From Flectonema sp. DT1601 (taxonomy: Eukaryota), in assembly GCA_964019425.1 (NCBI GenBank), contig OZ025795.1:1364001-1428000 (forward strand): a stretch of DNA of 64,000 nt, read 5' to 3'. Below, piece after piece: positions 58,883 to 64,000 of the stretch (the stretch's first letter is position 1; every line of letters begins with the position of its first letter). A program made the position numbers and the translations under genes. Under the pieces are notes generated by a model that was not told the origin of the DNA, searched no databases, and worked only from the letters and a program-made list of their open reading frames with translations.

Positions 58883-61800
58883 ATGATAAAAGAATATCCG
58901 CGTCTTTGTGCTGTTGAACTTTGCGGATTCAAATCGTTTCGAGACTCTGAACGAATTTCACTAAATCCGAATGGTGTGACGTATGTGGTTGGTGATAATG
59001 GAAGTGGGAAGTCGAATATTATCGACGGGATCTGTTTTGTGATGGGAATGAAGTCTCGCCTTATGAGATGTAATTCCTGTGATGAAACAATTCATTGGAA
59101 TAGAACAGAGTGCTGTGTTACTTTAGAATTCACTAATGGCGATCTTATCTCTAGAACACACCGACTTGGTCAGAGTAGTACTTACCGTCACAATAATAAA
59201 ATAATATCCTCTTCTGATTGTTGTGAAGTTTTTATAAAAGAATTTGGAATCGACCCGTCGTTTCCTGAAAGATTTATAATACTTCAGAATGTTACTCAGG
59301 CATTGATTTCTCAGTCTTGTGGAGAGCTATTGAGGTGTGTGTTGAATTGTATTTTATAAATTAAAAACACCGACAGCCCAACTGAATCAACTCATCAACA
59401 GATTCATCGAAGACATTTCTGGAGCAAAAGATCTCATCTTAAAAAACGAAGAAATCGAAAAAGAAATTCTAAAATTGGAAACAACAAAACATTCCATTCT
59501 ATCGAAACTCAAAACGGTATTCATTCCGGCGATGGGAATGAGTGAAGAAATACTTGAGAGGAATAATAAATTAAATTACCTTCGCAAGGAGATTAGTTCT
59601 GATATAAATTATTACAACAGAAAGAGTTTTGAGCTACTGACAGCTGCCAGTAAAAGAGTCTACGATAAACTACTACTTCAGAGAAATAAGATCTCAAAAG
59701 CAATCGCTAACAGAAAATCACTGACTGCGACGTTAAGACAAAAAGAGTCTGAAGCACATTCACAACAACAAGAAGTCTCATCTTATCAGAATGAATATTC
59801 GAAGTCTGTTGCGATTGTGAGAGAAACTGACAGCCATTTGAAAAAGACGAGGAGGCAAATTAAATCAAATCGGAGACTGATCTCCACAACGAACACAACA
59901 ATCGATCAGACTGCTGAACAAATTTCGTTCCTTTTGAGTGAAAAGAACGATCTAAAAAGTGAATTAAATAAATTGCAATCAGAACAAGAATTTGATGAGA
60001 AGACTGAAATTGATTTTAATTTAAACGTGACCTTCACTCTGTTCAAACAGCTGACGGAAATCAATTCATCTCTCAGAGAAGTGCGGCAGTCTGTCGAAGA
60101 CAGTTTTCAAAATCTGAATTGTTTATCTGGACTTCGAACAAACATTCAAACTAAATCCAACACACTCCACGAGAAGGTCGCTCACCTCAATAGTGTCATC
60201 GATCTGAAATCAAATGAAAGATTGACTTCAGTAAGGAAACTGACTCTTTTAAATTCTCAACACGACAATTTGAAGTCCATCCAACAACAGCAACGACAAT
60301 TACTTCCGTACCTCCTCAAAGTTACATCTTCAGCGGGGGGGACAGTAGAACACCAAAGTGATTGTTATCAAAGATTACTTTATAATGAAATTGAGAACTT
60401 CCGAGTCTCAGTCAAGCAGTATTCTTCGGCGATGAAAATACTTTGCGCCTTACGAAGAGATAAACATCCGGAGCTGATGATCACAATTATCACAGCAAGT
60501 AATGTCTCAGAAAACACTCAACACTCAGAAGTGAGAAAACTTCCAAAGAGTTCGAATTTGTGCAGAGTAACATTTACAAGTCACAAATGGATAACTTACG
60601 TTAGTACTACTCATCCGTGTGACTTACAAGAACTACAACGGATATCAACTCTTTACAACAGTCGAGTGTTTTACAAAGGAGTCCACGTTGTAGAAGTAGG
60701 TGTCTACGTTGTCCTTCCTTCGGATGTGCAGCCACTTGACAATAATGAAAATAACATTTCTGATTCCGAAGTGTGTTCACATCAACAGCAAAGAGAATTA
60801 TTAAAGATCGACATCGAGGGTGCGGAAAAAGAAGTTAAGAAACTCGAGAAGGAACGAGATGATGTTGTAAGGAAGTCTACCAGTGCGGTGGAGTCTTTCA
60901 AGGAGTTGAAAAGGAGCATCGCAGCTCTTCAAGAACTGCAACGAAATGAGAATAAGAAAATAGCGATTCTCGAATCTGAGAAGAAAACATTAATGTTTAC
61001 GGTCCGTGACCTGCTTGGATACGATTCTGAAAGTCAGTTTATCGAGTTGGCTGCAGCCCGGTCAGAACAAACTGAGGCGAGAAGTCGTATCTCCGATCTG
61101 CAACATCAGTTGTCGGTGGCCACTTCCCGACATGAGTTGTTAAAAAATATTTTACACACAAGAAAGCGCTCACAGCTGTCGCTAACAACTGCTATTGCTG
61201 ACGATGTTCATCTTCAAAATGTTCTATCAAAAAGACTGCAGAGCGAGAAAAGTCAATGCGCTTCCTTTCATCAAAAATTAGGAACTCAAAAACATCTTTT
61301 ATCACAAACAACTGCTACAATCGAATTCCTAAACTCGGATGTGAAAAAATCCATCGTCACTGAGCAGCGTACTATTAGCGAACTGAAAAGTCTTTCATCG
61401 GAAAGTCGTCATCTTCAACAACAAATATCAAAACTTAAGAAAGACTCTGCAGATGATGAACTTTCCGTTCTAAAGGAGAAGTCAGTCAGTTCAAATGTGC
61501 AAAACTCTCAACGGAACATTCAAATAAAACGACCAAGAGATGATGCGAGGCAGCCTTTCATTGAACAGGAACCTGATGATACAACACCAACCAGCGTATT
61601 CATCAGAACGAAGGAAGACCTCATCCTTTTAAAAGCAAAGATAGAATCAAAACGAGAGCTCTCTCAGATTTTATCAAACGGTCTTGAGCAGCATGTTTCA
61701 GAAGCACTGGAACATGTTCGGAGGTACAGGGATGCTCAAAAAGTGTTAAAAACTTCTTCTGTTGAATTGGAGAAGCTGAGATGTGTTCACAAACAAGTTG

Positions 61801-62261
61801 AAAATGATAAAAATATTTCTATAAATACCTGTCTCGCTCGCATAAACGAAGGAGTTCAATTGGTGCTGCAGTCGTTGAACTCAGACGGTGAGAAGACTTC
61901 ATCACCTTGCTGTGTTATAAAACAGTCTGGGGGTGTACTATCACTTTTAGTAAAGCCTCCTAACTCGCAAGAACACATTCAAACTTCTAAACTTTCGGGT
62001 GGTCAAAAGGCTTTGTTTGCTTCTGCTTTATCTCTCGGGTTAGGAGTCGCCTTCCCATCTCCGCTGTATGCATTCGATGAGATCGATGCTGCACTTGATG
62101 CACAGCATGCTTCTAAAATTGGAAATCTACTTTCAAAACAAACAACCTGTACGATATGTGTTACATTGAGGCACCATATTTACAAATGTGGCAGATCTCT
62201 TGTTGGAGTTTATCACAAGGGGAAGACCAGCCGAACAATTTCTCAGAATTTTAACGACTAA
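58883..62261 (+). CDS. Divergent SMC-family ATPase; two exons, intron 59335-59401
   Basis: GFKSF, Walker A GDNGSGKSN, Q-loop ILQ; splicing gives LLRFIEDISG in frame with the 59475 ORF; coiled coils; signature LSGGQK and Walker B/D-loop FDEIDAALD. Confidence 0.88.
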
Positions 62262-64000
62262 GGGAGTGATGACCTCCTTTAGACTTAGAGCTGGAACTCA
62301 TCCATTGAAAATGTTATAATTTTATTTATTTTATTCTGAAACTGATCAGGTCAGATTATACTAAACAATCCATTCCTCTAACTGAAGGTTAAGAACTGTC
62401 GCATCACTTTGCAATTACTTTCTTTCTTTCGAGACCTTCTTGTTTACTTTCGGGTTTTCTCCCGCCATCTCTCATATATTAGGATTCCTTGACGAACTTC
62501 AATAATAAGATTTAAGTTCCTAACAGATACACTCAATCATTATGTGCAGTGCGGATGATGTGGCAGCTGAAGGGGTTTTGATGAATTAGTGAACAGTTAG
62601 CAACTAACAGGAATATAAATAGAACGCCCTCTTATTGTGAAGAGAGGTATCAGAAGAGCAACGTGTGGGCTGTTCTCCGCACCTTTTCAAGAGTGATGCA
62701 GGCCTGTGAAGCTTGGCGAGCCTTCCCTTGTTCAATGCTCATTCAATTGCAATTTCTTGGGCAGCTGCACCTGCACCTTGTAAGCAAACGAAGCTGTTGT
62801 TCAGTGACTGAACAATTTTACAAAACTGTCAATAGAAATGGGACAGTTCTGTTTTTCATTTCTCAGTTTCAAGCTTGCTTTCTTCTTTTTGTTTGTATTC
62901 TTTTAAAGAAACGAAAAAGTTTGTTAGCAAGAAAAGTCAACACCAAAATTTGTGGAGCATTTTCAAATGTAAAGTTGGTAGGAACAAAGTATTGTGTGTT
63001 ACATAAAATTTTCCAGTGTTTTTTCATTTTCTGGTTCACAGGTAGAGCACAACCAAAAAATTTCCTCAAGCTTGAAGAAATTTAAAGCAAAATCAGCATT
63101 TAAAAAGGCATCTGCGGGTTTGCGGGAAATCATTAAAATTGTCTTTTAACCTATACACAATATCTCCCATCTATGAAGTAGGTGGCATTTTAAACTTGCA
63201 TAGGGTTGTCATAGGGTATGGCGGAAAGGAATACCAACTCCGAAAATTTCGCATTTCGGGGGCGGAGTACGTGAATTACTGTTACCCTTAATGGTATTTT
63301 GATAAACGGAAATAAGTTATAGAAAATACGAATCTTACCTATATTGATGTATCACCTTCAGTTGTTTATATTTATTCTGACCATCTCGTCCGCTGCTAAG
63401 GAATTGAGATTGGAGGAGAAGATCGTGTAGCAGGCGAATCTTGGAAAGAAAAAAGCTGAGTTGGATAAGAAGAAGTTAATCACCCTCGCCTTAAATTAAA
63501 GCCTAAGTTACGAAAATTTGTTAGTGAAGGAAGCATTTGATGAAGGAAGCCTCATGAAGATGAGAAGAGCTCTCAATGTATACAATACGATCGTAGCTCT
63601 TGAACAAGAAGTTATAGGTATGCTGCCAAATACAGACATCACCGAAGCAAAGGAAGCACTTGCACATATGACTAGTGGCAAAGCAGCTATCCGCCCTCAA
63701 CACTGGCACGGCAGGGGATTTAGGGAGTTGGGGGAAACTGAAGGATAGATTTAAAGAGCTGCGGGCAGGATTCTACGGAAGAGTACTAACTGAAACAACG
63801 CCACCAACCCGGGAATTACAGCAACTAATGATCTCAGCTTGGATAAGCCAGGTTAAGTCATCAGAAGCTGCTGGTTGTCTTGATTTTCAACTTCACCAGA
63901 CACCAGCAGCGTTGTGGTATGGATCCAATTTGGATCAACCAGTTTGCCTTCTTTTTATTTATTTGCTGCCGATGCGCACAATGTGGAGAATACGTTAAAC

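Overview
AT-rich eukaryotic genomic DNA, most consistent with a euglenozoan-like protist (inference). All credible protein genes lie on the + strand, most are intronless and two carry short GT-AG introns. Host genes, in order: DHHC palmitoyltransferase with a PDZ-like insert, kinesin-3/FHA/Roc-COR fusion, carnosine N-methyltransferase-like protein, TBC Rab-GAP, a long coiled-coil kinesin, a 1476-aa acidic protein rich in ABBA-like motifs, a third kinesin, a small Ser/Thr kinase, a GT95/GT96-like glycosyltransferase and a divergent SMC. The most striking locus is 11.0-23.3 kb. A tRNA-Val(AAC) gene on the - strand sits head-to-head with a stack of two intact, mutually divergent two-ORF non-LTR retrotransposons (APE-RT-RNase H-CCHC), followed by a probable relic of a third. 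In element 1, ORF1 and ORF2 are in the same frame, separated by a single UGA-C stop that is followed at once by a 26-codon 2A-like (GDIHPNPGP) cassette, with no AUG ahead of the endonuclease. This suggests readthrough coupled to StopGo recoding. Element 2 instead uses an AUGAUUGA start/stop overlap. A structured ~200-nt repeat with a hammerhead-like core recurs downstream of four host genes. The 44-56.7 kb stretch has no credible coding sequence.
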